Positions 16,560 through 25,265 of a stretch of DNA of 32,000 nt are shown here, piece after piece. The notes beneath the pieces were generated by a model. The model made no database searches and was not told the origin of the DNA. It saw only the letters and a list, made by a program, of their open reading frames with translations. This DNA is from Nostoc sp. PCC 7120 = FACHB-418 (GTDB taxonomy: Bacteria; Cyanobacteriota; Cyanobacteriia; Cyanobacteriales; Nostocaceae): assembly GCF_000009705.1 (NCBI RefSeq), contig NC_003272.1:1380001-1412000 (forward strand). Reading direction: 5' to 3'. Numbering within the stretch: position 1 is the stretch's first letter; each line of letters starts with the position of its first letter. A program made the position numbers and the translations under genes.

Positions 16560-18374
16560 TTAAAAAGGATTATAAACCAGCGAAAAATATAATCCATTCT
16601 CTTGCCAGGTTCTGGCTTGTGAATCAACGGATACTAAAGGAATACCCCAATCAAGACGGGCGCTAAAGCGATCGCCTTGTGACCAGCGCAAACCCAGACC
16701 AATCGACGCTAGGGTATTAGGGTCTGGAGTCTCCCGATAGTTATTCCAGGCAACACCAAAATCTACAAAAGGGGTGACTTGTAACAGACCATCGGACTGG
16801 GATAATCGCAGAATCGGTATTTGCACCTCAGCTGAAGCAAAAGCGCCATTATCGGTTAGTAGAAAATCTTGCCGATAACCCCGGACACTATCTAAACCAC
16901 CCAAACCAAATTGTTCCAAAGATAATAGCCCTTTGGATGCTATCTGTGTATTAGCTTTGACAATTAATAAGGTTTCTGGAGCCAGAAGACGCGCCCATTG
17001 AGCTTGTCCCTGCCAAGAAAAAAAGCGACTATCGGGAGGCTCGGCATTAACTGTGGCGTTTAATGCACCTATACCCAAATTAAATTGCGATCGCACTGCA
17101 AAAACTTGCCGACTGTTACGAGTAGTCCATTCCTGAAAGAAACGCAACGCAGATATCCTGGTGCGTCCCTGATCATCAGCACCAGGGGAAAGCACACTAG
17201 GCGGTAAACGAGGTTCTTCGTTGAACAGTGAGGAATATATTTCACTTTCTCTCCGTGAGGCTGTCAAACCAATGGCGAATTCTTGGCTAGGAGATTGAGC
17301 TAATGGTTGACGATAGGTGATTTCGTAGTAGCGAGAGGAAGACTGGATATCGAGAGTATTAAAAGGTTCTTCAATCACATTGCTGGATGCAGTACCAAAA
17401 TTAAAGCTGATTGTGCCGTTGCGGGGATTTAATGGCAAGGTGTAACTGGTATCAAAGGTGTTACTACCATCAGTATTACTATAAGCTAAACTGATGTTGT
17501 CACCTAACCCCAGCAAATTAGCTTCATTTAATTGTACTCGGCGGCGAAAACTCCCGACTCCAGGCGATCGCCCATTATCTAAAGCTAACTGAGCATGAAA
17601 AGATTTTGCTTCTGTGATTTGTACCTGTAGTACACTCGTCCCTGGACGAGAACCTGCTGAAAGTTCAGCAGAAAGATTTTGAATCAACGGATTGAGTTGT
17701 AATAATTGTAGCGCTTCTAGTAAACTCTCGCGGTTGAGGGGGGGTTTTGTAGCGATCGCCAACCGACTGCGGACATAATTAGGTTTGAGTCGCCGATTTC
17801 CAGTAATTTGAATGTCTTCTAACCTACCTTCCACCACCTGAATTTTAATGACACCAGATTTAATAGTTTGCGGTGGGATATAAGCACCAGAAGTAATGTA
17901 ACCTTTATTGACGTATAATTCGGTAATTTTAGAACGAGCTTGAAACAGTTCTGCTAATGTAATAGGTCTTTTGGTAAACTCAGTGGTAACCTTGGCTAAC
18001 TCTTCCTGACTAAACACTGTACTGCCAACAACTTCAAACCTTTCTACTGTGATAGTTTGCGGCGCATTTTCCGGTACTTGTTGCTGTGGGTTAATGTCGG
18101 GAGAAGACGGTTGGAGTAGTTCTCCAGGTGGCGGTAATTGCTGTGGCTACTGGGGAGGAGGTAAAGGAGCAGGTGCAGGTGGTTGAATATCTTGAGGCTG
18201 AGGCAGTGCTTGTGTCGAATTACTATTTGGTAGTTGCGTCCGATCAACAGCTTGAGCGTTCACAGGTAGAAAATCTATGCTGTTGAGAGATAATAATATA
18301 CTCAACGGCAACCAAGAAACTGCAAGCTTTGGGTGGCTATACATCATGCTAATAAGTTGTTTATTTGCCAACAA
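16560..18374 (-). pseudogene. ShlB/FhaC/HecB-family TpsB outer-membrane transporter interrupted by one in-frame TAG (18147-18149)
   Basis: Track ORFs 18147..18374 and 16560..18017 are in the same frame ((18146-18017) = 129 = 43 codons). The first is a signal peptide (LAVSWLPLSILLSLNSIDFLPVNAQA) plus a Pro/Gln-rich linker. My translation across the gap has no further stop: ...APLPPPQ*PQQLPPPGELLQPSSPDINPQQQVPENAPQTITVERFEVVGSTVFSQEELAKV. The POTRA-like ITVERFEVVGSTVFS is followed by a beta-barrel ending ...GLYFSLVYNPF. Confidence 0.75.
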
Positions 18375-18480
18375 TAAGAGGTTTGCACGGCTACGGCTTC
18401 AGATGTGAATATTACTTCATCTTCTGGTCTAGGTACACGCTAACCATCAAAATTTCATCTACGGGACGGTGAAAAAGCAG

Positions 18481-18504
18481 GGGAGCAGGGAGCAGGGGGG
18501 AGCA
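18481..18504. repeat. Short GGGAGCA heptamer run
   Basis: GGGAGCA at 18481-18487, 18488-18494 and 18498-18504, with the last copy offset by an extra GGG. Confidence 0.8.
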
Positions 18505-18518
18505 AAGAAGAATTACTG

Positions 18519-18595
18519 TTGACCAATGACAACTGACAACTGACAACTAACAACTGACAACTGACAACTAACAACTGACAACTAACTATTGACTC
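18519..18595. repeat. STRR-like tandem heptanucleotide array (about 11 units, consensus CTGACAA / CTAACAA)
   Basis: Phased by hand: TTGACCA ATGACAA CTGACAA CTGACAA CTAACAA CTGACAA CTGACAA CTAACAA CTGACAA CTAACTA TTGACTC. The last units overlap the stop and final codons of the oxidoreductase gene. Confidence 0.9.
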
Positions 18596-19593
18596 ACCTT
18601 GACAATTAATTTGCCAAAGTTATCTCCTCGCAACAAGCCAATGAAGGCACGAGGAGCATTCTCCAAACCAACTACTACATCTTCTTTATATTTCAGTTGT
18701 CCTGACTGCAACCATCCAGCGACATCACGGACAAAATCAGGAAACCGGTATTGATAATCACTTACCAAAAAACCTTTAATTAAAGCTCTTTTAATGAGCA
18801 AAGGGAGCAGATTCGGGCCAGGCGGTGGTGATGAAGCATTATATTGAGAAATTAGTCCTACTAAAGGAATTCTGGCTCCCAAGTTAATTTGCTGTAACAC
18901 TGCTTCTAAAATTTCACCTGCGGTATTGTCAAAATAAACATCAATACCATCAGGTGCAGCTTCTTTGAGTGCTGATGATACTTCTTGCGTCCGGCGGTTA
19001 ATTCCCACATCAAAGCCTAATTCATTGACGATGTAGTCTCGCTTTTCGTCACTACCAACAATTCCTACTACTCTAGCGCCTTTAATTTTGGCAATTTGAC
19101 CTGCTACCGCACCGACAGCACCAGAAGCGGCGGAAATCACTACAGTTTCACCTGCTTTTGGTTGACCTATATCCAGTAAAGCAGCGTAAGCCGTTAGACC
19201 AGGCATACCCAATACGCCTAAATTGTAGGATAGAGGAGCCTGATTGGGGTCAAGTTTACGCAAAGTCTCACCTTTAGCAACAGCGTAAGTTTGCCAACCA
19301 TGATTGCTGAGAACAAAATCTCCTGCTTGAAACTCCAGATGATGGGATTTAATAACTTGACTGACTGTTCCACCAACAATAACTGAGTTTAATTCCGTTG
19401 AGGCTGCGTAAGAAGCATTGGCGCTGAGGCGACCACGCATATATGGGTCGAGGGATAAATAAATAGTGCGGCTGAGAACTTCGCCTTCCCCAGGTTGGGG
19501 AATTGGTGACTCTACTAAAGCAAAATCACTCTCTTGTGGTTCACCAAAAGGGCGACTCTTGAGTACGATTTGTTGATTTACGGCATCAGCCAT
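18586..19593 (-). CDS. NADP-dependent oxidoreductase, medium-chain dehydrogenase/reductase family (alkenal/enone reductase-like)
   Basis: Family-typical N-terminus MADAVNQQIVLKSRPFGEPQESDFALVE, then LSLDPYMRGR and the Rossmann motif VVISAASGAVGAVAGQIAKIKGARVVGI, ending in GKLIVKV. I prefer the ATG at 19593..19591 because the 21-aa extension to 19656 does not look conserved. Confidence 0.8.
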   Translation of the reverse strand: MADAVNQQIVLKSRPFGEPQESDFALVESPIPQPGEGEVLSRTIYLSLDPYMRGRLSANASYAASTELNSVIVGGTVSQVIKSHHLEFQAGDFVLSNHGWQTYAVAKGETLRKLDPNQAPLSYNLGVLGMPGLTAYAALLDIGQPKAGETVVISAASGAVGAVAGQIAKIKGARVVGIVGSDEKRDYIVNELGFDVGINRRTQEVSSALKEAAPDGIDVYFDNTAGEILEAVLQQINLGARIPLVGLISQYNASSPPPGPNLLPLLIKRALIKGFLVSDYQYRFPDFVRDVAGWLQSGQLKYKEDVVVGLENAPRAFIGLLRGDNFGKLIVKVSQ

Positions 19594-19745
19594 AGGAAAA
19601 TTATTCCATAGTATAAGACTGATGACCAACGTACATGATGTTTTCCATTTTTGCATCAGGCGATCAGCTATACCTGGACTTGGGTCACAGTCATATCTAT
19701 TAACGGGAGTTTGATAAATTCGGAAGAAACCTTACAGACAAGGCA

Positions 19746-20801
19746 TTACATACCCTTAAATCCCATATCCATTTCTACCTTTTGTTCTGCGGGAGTTGAA
19801 GCAATTGGAGATTTATGAGAAGTCTGACGGCTTTTGCTAATTTGGCTGAGAAAGATGCCTAACATAATCAAGCCACCACCAAGATATTGAGCTACAGTCG
19901 GGACTTCACTTAATATGAAATAAGCTGCCACAATACCTGCAATTGGGGTAAATGAAGCAACCAAGGATGCTGTAGAGACAGTAGAAGTTTTCAACCCTAT
20001 AAGCCAGAATGACTGACCTACAACCACAATCACACCACCATAAAGGAACATCCATTGCCACAAGAATGGTGAGAAGACATCAGCAAAATGCTCTCTACCA
20101 TAGAGTACTAAAGCAATGAAAAAAAAGATGACGGTTCCCAGTGCAGTCCGAAAGATGCTGTAAATCCCTAAAGGGATATGAGTTAAATATTTTTTACCGA
20201 TAATTGTAGAAATAGCTAAAGCGACAGACCCTGCGGCTACGAAAAATTCTCCTAAACCCAATTGCCAACCTCCCATATTCATCATGTCTGACACTGGCGG
20301 TTGGAGGATAATAGTTAAGATAACACCAATAAATGCGGCGATCGCTCCGATAAATTCCCCAAAATTGATCTGCTCTTTTAACAACCAAACTGATAAAGCC
20401 AACGCCAGAGTTGGTTCTAAGCGTCCCACCAAAATCACATTATTCACCCCTGTGAGTGACAATGCGTGGAAAATTAAGCCAGGCGCTAGCGCTCCTGATA
20501 AGATGGCTACTGCGGTTAAACCAAGCCAGTCCTTCTTTGACAGTTGCGTTAAAGTAGCTTTGTTCCACTGTCGGCTATAGATGAGGAGCATCACCATCAA
20601 GGCGCATAAGTTCCCCACAAACAAAACATTACACAAAGAAATAGGATTGCGTCCATCAATAAAGTGACGAGCGCCAATTTCTGTGAGTTTCCGGGTAACT
20701 GCACTAGATGCACCAAAAATGAAGATGGCTAGCCAAAGATATACTTGTCCAGAAACTCTGCGGATTAGGCGATGTCGTCCTCTAAATTTAATCACAATCA
20801 C
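19746..20801 (-). CDS. DMT-superfamily (EamA-type) membrane transporter
   Basis: 351-aa ORF with about 10 hydrophobic helices in two halves (e.g. LWLAIFIFGASSAVTRKL, GEFFVAAGSVALAISTIIGKKYL). It has a GTG start. Confidence 0.7.
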   Translation of the reverse strand: MIVIKFRGRHRLIRRVSGQVYLWLAIFIFGASSAVTRKLTEIGARHFIDGRNPISLCNVLFVGNLCALMVMLLIYSRQWNKATLTQLSKKDWLGLTAVAILSGALAPGLIFHALSLTGVNNVILVGRLEPTLALALSVWLLKEQINFGEFIGAIAAFIGVILTIILQPPVSDMMNMGGWQLGLGEFFVAAGSVALAISTIIGKKYLTHIPLGIYSIFRTALGTVIFFFIALVLYGREHFADVFSPFLWQWMFLYGGVIVVVGQSFWLIGLKTSTVSTASLVASFTPIAGIVAAYFILSEVPTVAQYLGGGLIMLGIFLSQISKSRQTSHKSPIASTPAEQKVEMDMGFKGM

Positions 20802-21053
20802 ATTACAGCAATAAAAGCATCATTCGATATATTAAGTTACTTCAATCTAGTTAAAAATGAGATTTTGCTGAGAGTGTCCTTAAATAAGGATGTGATTTTG
20901 AAAATGATGTGATTTTCTGAAAAAATGCTGAGAATTAACTTAATCGAATTAATAGATAAACTCAGGAAAAACATGAATTGGTTTCAATAATCTCTCAGTC
21001 CTCAGTGCGATAGTTTGGATGTTCGAGATAAGTCAAACATCCAGGAGTCAGCA

Positions 21054-21413
21054 ATGAAGATCGCGCCATTAATTACAACTTTTGCCTTGACTGGTTTTTT
21101 AACGCTTTGGGATGCACCATTAAAAGTCATTAATCCTGCATTAGTTCAAGCATCAGCTCAAGAATTATCAGTCAGTCAGAAAATAACATTAGTTACTAAA
21201 AATAAGGGTCAGATTGGTGGTGGTGATCAGTTACGGCGTTTCTTTTTTGGAGATTTGGAACCAATTGGAATTCAACCAGGCGGCGCAGGTCATGTGGTTA
21301 ACCTTTATAACAAAGCCAACAATGTGACATTCTCTTATTGTTCAACTTATGATGTAGTTGTTGCAGTTAAAAAAGGTAAGATCACTAAATTTGAACCTAA
21401 TGAAGTGAAGTAG
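21054..21413 (+). CDS. Small secreted hypothetical protein
   Basis: An ATG at 21054 is preceded by AGGAG (ccaggagtcagcaATG). The signal-like N-terminus is MKIAPLITTFALTGFLTLWDAP...VQASAQ. I recognise no family. The track ORF begins at an upstream TTG (21015). Confidence 0.55.
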   Translation: MKIAPLITTFALTGFLTLWDAPLKVINPALVQASAQELSVSQKITLVTKNKGQIGGGDQLRRFFFGDLEPIGIQPGGAGHVVNLYNKANNVTFSYCSTYDVVVAVKKGKITKFEPNEVK

Positions 21414-21460
21414 TTATAGGACTGTATAGAAAAAATAATCAATAGTCTTATTGCTAAAAT

Positions 21461-21496
21461 AGGGAAAAATGGAAATAAGCATCATCCTTTTTCCCT
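21461..21496 (+). terminator. Hairpin between convergent genes, a candidate intrinsic terminator
   Basis: AGGGAAAAA (21461-21469) is the exact reverse complement of TTTTTCCCT (21488-21496). It is followed by TTAATTATTTT. It sits between the 3' ends of 21054..21413 (+) and 21547..22854 (-). Confidence 0.45.
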
Positions 21497-21546
21497 TTAA
21501 TTATTTTGTCATATCTTTTTCTATTCAATTCTTATGAAATTATCTT

Positions 21547-22854
21547 TTAAAGATTATCTTTGCAGACTTCAAAATGTCCCAATCTCTTAAAAGTAGCTAT
21601 AGGCAATCGTACACTTACTATAGTACCTTTCGCTATATCAGACTCAATAGATAGTTTTCCATAATGAGCATGGATGATGCGTTCGGCAATGGCAAGTCCT
21701 AAACCAGTACCATGAGGTTTTGTAGAAAAGAATGGCTGAGTTAATTTTGATAAAATCTCTGGGGGAATTGGTTCGCCGCCATTACAGATATTTATACATA
21801 CTTGATCTGGCAATGAAACGTCCACTTCCCATTTAACAATATCTCCGTCTGCAATCACCTCACAGGCATTACAGATAATATTAATAAAAACTTGTTTTAG
21901 CTTATTTTCATCTGCTAAGATTTTCACCGGATTTGATGATGGAATAAATTCGATTTTACGTGAGATTGCTTCTGGCATTTCATATACCAATACAAGTAAC
22001 TCACTAATAAATTTGTTGACTTCTAATTCACATATTTGTAAAATTTGAGGTTTTGCATAAAGCAAGATTTCACTTAGTAGATTGTCTAGGCGGTAGGCTT
22101 CACTAACTGCTAAGGATAATCGCTCTTGAGCAGCTGATGACAAAATTGTTTTTTGAGAATATTTCAATCCCATGATCATTGTAGTTAAGGGATTGCGGAT
22201 TTCATGCACAATCATGGCAGCAAATTCACCCATAACTGCCAGTCTTTCCTTTTCTAGAAGCTTGCTTTGTGTCGCTTTTAATTCTGCCGTACGTTTTTCT
22301 ACTTCCGCTTCCAGAATATGATTAAATTGGCACTGCTGCTTGTATAAACGATAATTATCAATGGCTGTAGCAGCACGTTCAGCCAATAGTTCTGTAAACT
22401 GGATTTCTTCTGGACTAAACTCTCGTGATTCGTGATGAAATGAGCAAATAGTGCCAATTACTTCGCCTTCGGCAGTCCGCAACGGTATCCCTAAATAAGC
22501 TCGATAACCTTCTGGAGGCTGACCATACTCTGGGTGCTTACTAGTATCTTCTACTACCAAGGAGTTACCAGTTTCTATAACAGTGTTAGTTAGGGAACCA
22601 TGTAATGAATAAACGTGTTCACCTACACCTATATTAATACTACTTGCTAGGACTTTCTCAAATCCTTGTTGACACAATGTGACTACTGACCAGTCTACAT
22701 TTAGTAACTGACTAACTCCACAGGCAATGTTAAACAGATAGCCGCTTAGTTCTCCAGTCCGATAGTTTAAAGATGATAAAAGAGCGATCGCCAGACGCTC
22801 ACGTTGCCACATTTGATTTTGCAATAAAATTCCATCATCAATGGCCTTAACCAT
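21547..22854 (-). CDS. GAF-domain sensor histidine kinase
   Basis: 435-aa ORF. The GAF-like region is VVEDTSKHPEY...AYLGIPLRTAEGEVIGTICSFH. The H-box is AMIVHEIRNPLTTM. ATP-binding motifs are FINIICNACEV and [12 protein letters not shown]. Confidence 0.85.
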   Translation of the reverse strand: MVKAIDDGILLQNQMWQRERLAIALLSSLNYRTGELSGYLFNIACGVSQLLNVDWSVVTLCQQGFEKVLASSINIGVGEHVYSLHGSLTNTVIETGNSLVVEDTSKHPEYGQPPEGYRAYLGIPLRTAEGEVIGTICSFHHESREFSPEEIQFTELLAERAATAIDNYRLYKQQCQFNHILEAEVEKRTAELKATQSKLLEKERLAVMGEFAAMIVHEIRNPLTTMIMGLKYSQKTILSSAAQERLSLAVSEAYRLDNLLSEILLYAKPQILQICELEVNKFISELLVLVYEMPEAISRKIEFIPSSNPVKILADENKLKQVFINIICNACEVIADGDIVKWEVDVSLPDQVCINICNGGEPIPPEILSKLTQPFFSTKPHGTGLGLAIAERIIHAHYGKLSIESDIAKGTIVSVRLPIATFKRLGHFEVCKDNL

Positions 22855-23810
22855 AAATACCTATAACAAACTTAGGGAAATTATTTTTGAAATATTTATG
22901 TTAACTTGCGGTGACAAACTTCTGATTATCTCCTCAAGAAGATATCAGTTTTATAGATATAAACCATGAGATATTTATAATTTTTTAACTAATTAAGCTA
23001 CAAGTAATTTCCGTATCAAGATTAACTTAAAACTGAAACTGTTAAATGCTGGGTTTTAACAATACCCTAATGACAATGTAAAGTTTTAAATACATACATC
23101 CTTATCCTTGGTAAGCAAATATTTTGAGATAAATCAGAATTATGAGGAATTGTTGATTTTATTCTAATGTGCAGAATAAAGCCAAATAAATTATTAATCT
23201 TTTGTAAAGGTCATCAGTAGTAGCAGTCAAGTATTGCTGTAAAGACTTTCAGCGTCAGAGTAATTCTTAGGAAATTCTCAGCTTAAATTAATTTAATTGC
23301 TAACTAATATATTTTAATTAATATTAAAGAGATAAGATATCGGACGCTTAACCTGCATATTTTAATTTAGGAACAAAACGTCAATTTTCCTCCCCTGTGT
23401 CTTTCACCGCTCTATAAGAAAGATTACATCAGTCTAAGCTAATGCGCGCCTAAATTGCATAACTACTAATAAGGACTGTAAACAGTCCATAGCCCTCACG
23501 ATGGATTGTGCCACTTAAAAGCAGAATAGCTGAGAATTTTTGTTAGCAGTCAGTAGTCAGTTGCAAAACAACTAACCACCGCCCACAAGGAAGGTATTCA
23601 TCTAGATATAAAACAACTAGCAAGTGACAACTGACACGGGCAGCGCAAAGAAAATATTTGGTATTTTATTGGCAATAACTACCCTATTTACTGTGGTCTG
23701 CAAGAGCGGTAATTGTAAATCGGCTATAACTAAAGATGTAGCGGTTAACAGTCAAGTTACATTTAACAGCTTGATTTTATTATTAAAGCCTTTTTTGCTA
23801 CTCAAAAACA

Positions 23811-25229
23811 GTGAATAACATCAAAAAAAATTGGCTAAATATAGACCCATTTTCACTACAGTTACGCCTAACCGTTGGTATGGCTTCCTTTTCAGCTTTG
23901 GTATTAGGTAGCCTAGCTACCTGGACTAGTTGGAAGATGCAGCAAATTTTAATTGATAGCCATAAAAATGAGGTAGAACAAATAGCCAAACGACTACCAC
24001 AAGACGTGCAAATTTATAGCAAGATGATGCAACCTGACACGAGTTTAGAAAAGGCGATTAATAATTTTGCGAATACTAACACGTTAATATGGTTTAAGAA
24101 TTCTAACAATAAAATATTATCAAAAACTGATAATTTAGATTTATTACCTGACTTTTTGGTAACTAAGTTAATGAACTTGACTCAGATGCCGATTAAAGCA
24201 CAGGTTTATCAAGTTAATCAAAACTATTTTGTTTTATGTGGAACTTCTATCAAAATCCAAGGTAAGTTGTTGGGTGAGTTATTTGTAGTCAAGGATATTA
24301 CCCGCGAACAAACAATGTTTGTGGTAATGGTGCGTAGTTTATGTATTACTAGTATTCTGGCAATTATTATTCTGACTGTAGCGATCGCATTTTATATCAA
24401 GCGCTCTTTGCAACCTCTACGCCAACTCAGTCAAATGACTGCTGTGATTTCCGCCGAAGATTTAGGACAAGCCCAATTATATCTTGATAATGCTCCTAGC
24501 GAAGTCAAAGAATTAGCACAAACTTTAACTATGCTCTTATCCCGTCTCTCCCAATCTTGGGAACAGGAGCGGGAATTTGTCAGTAATGTTTCTCACGAAT
24601 TACGTACACCCTTAACGATTGTACATGGTTATTTACAGAGCGTATTGCGGCGGCAAAATAATTTAACCTCTATTCAACAAGAAGCTTTAGAAATTGCTGC
24701 ATCAGAAGCGGAACGGACTATCCGCCTGCTACAAGATTTACTGGATTTAGCAAGAGCCGACAGTGGTTATTTATACTTTCAGATGAAAACTTATGTACTG
24801 AATGACATAGTTGCAGAAATTGTAGTGATGGCTGAAAAGTATAGCGATCGCCTAATTACTATCGAGTCAACAATTTTCCCTATTGAAGTGAAAGTAGATT
24901 ACAGTCGCTTCAAACAAGTATTACTGAATTTGATTGATAATGCTGTTAAGTATTCTGAAGCTGATACACCCATAATCTTTAACTTAGATCAACTTCAAGA
25001 CACAGCAATTATTCAAGTTTGTGATCAAGGTTACGGTATTCCCTTACAACACCAAGCCCGGATTTTTGAGCGATTTTATCGTATAGATGAATCTCGCTCC
25101 CAGGCCACTGGCGGCTGTGGTTTGGGTTTATCGATTGTCAAAACGCTGGTAGAGGGTATGGGAGGTAGTGTCAGCGTGCAATCAAAGTTAGGAGAAGGAA
25201 GTATATTTACAATAATTTTACCTAGATAG
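23811..25229 (+). CDS. Membrane sensor histidine kinase (2 TM-HAMP-HisKA-HATPase)
   Basis: 472-aa ORF with a GTG start. TM1 is LRLTVGMASFSALVLGSLATW and TM2 is VVMVRSLCITSILAIIILTVAIAFYI. The HAMP region is KRSLQPLRQLSQMTAVIS. The H-box is [20 protein letters not shown]. It also has LLNLIDNAVKYS, DQGYGIP and GGCGLGLSIVK. Confidence 0.85.
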   Translation: MNNIKKNWLNIDPFSLQLRLTVGMASFSALVLGSLATWTSWKMQQILIDSHKNEVEQIAKRLPQDVQIYSKMMQPDTSLEKAINNFANTNTLIWFKNSNNKILSKTDNLDLLPDFLVTKLMNLTQMPIKAQVYQVNQNYFVLCGTSIKIQGKLLGELFVVKDITREQTMFVVMVRSLCITSILAIIILTVAIAFYIKRSLQPLRQLSQMTAVISAEDLGQAQLYLDNAPSEVKELAQTLTMLLSRLSQSWEQEREFVSNVSHELRTPLTIVHGYLQSVLRRQNNLTSIQQEALEIAASEAERTIRLLQDLLDLARADSGYLYFQMKTYVLNDIVAEIVVMAEKYSDRLITIESTIFPIEVKVDYSRFKQVLLNLIDNAVKYSEADTPIIFNLDQLQDTAIIQVCDQGYGIPLQHQARIFERFYRIDESRSQATGGCGLGLSIVKTLVEGMGGSVSVQSKLGEGSIFTIILPR

Positions 25230-25265
25230 GCAAAGTATGAATGAATCAATTCAAAATTTAAAATA

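Noticed and set aside
16560-18374. Treating 16560..18017 and 18147..18374 as two independent genes, with 18044..18247 as a third.
   Set aside because: The first two are in the same frame and separated by a single TAG. Together they give the standard order of signal peptide, Pro-rich linker, POTRA and barrel. 18044..18247 is in another frame across the Pro/Gln-rich linker and has no features of its own.
18519-18595. The regularly spaced repeats could be read as a CRISPR array.
   Set aside because: The units are contiguous 7-nt tandem repeats with no spacers, and there are no cas genes. This is the STRR-type heptamer repeat typical of heterocystous cyanobacteria.
19594-19656. A 21-aa N-terminal extension of the oxidoreductase (MQKWKTSCTLVISLILWNNFP).
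   Set aside because: This enzyme family is cytoplasmic and normally begins near the ...IVLKSRP... segment. The internal ATG at 19593 gives the canonical N-terminus. The extension is probably not translated, though I cannot exclude it.
20194-20580. ORFs 20194..20388 (-) and 20284..20580 (+) within the DMT transporter gene. The same applies to 23798..23989, 28302..28508, 28950..29144, 31116..31319 and 31600..31782.
   Set aside because: They are overlapping or antisense ORFs inside genes with clear family signatures, or, for 23798..23989, antisense across the kinase start. There is no independent support.
21015-21053. TTG start at 21015 for the small secreted protein.
   Set aside because: The ATG at 21054 is preceded by AGGAG and starts directly with a signal-peptide-like sequence. 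The upstream 13 codons add a charged, non-signal extension.
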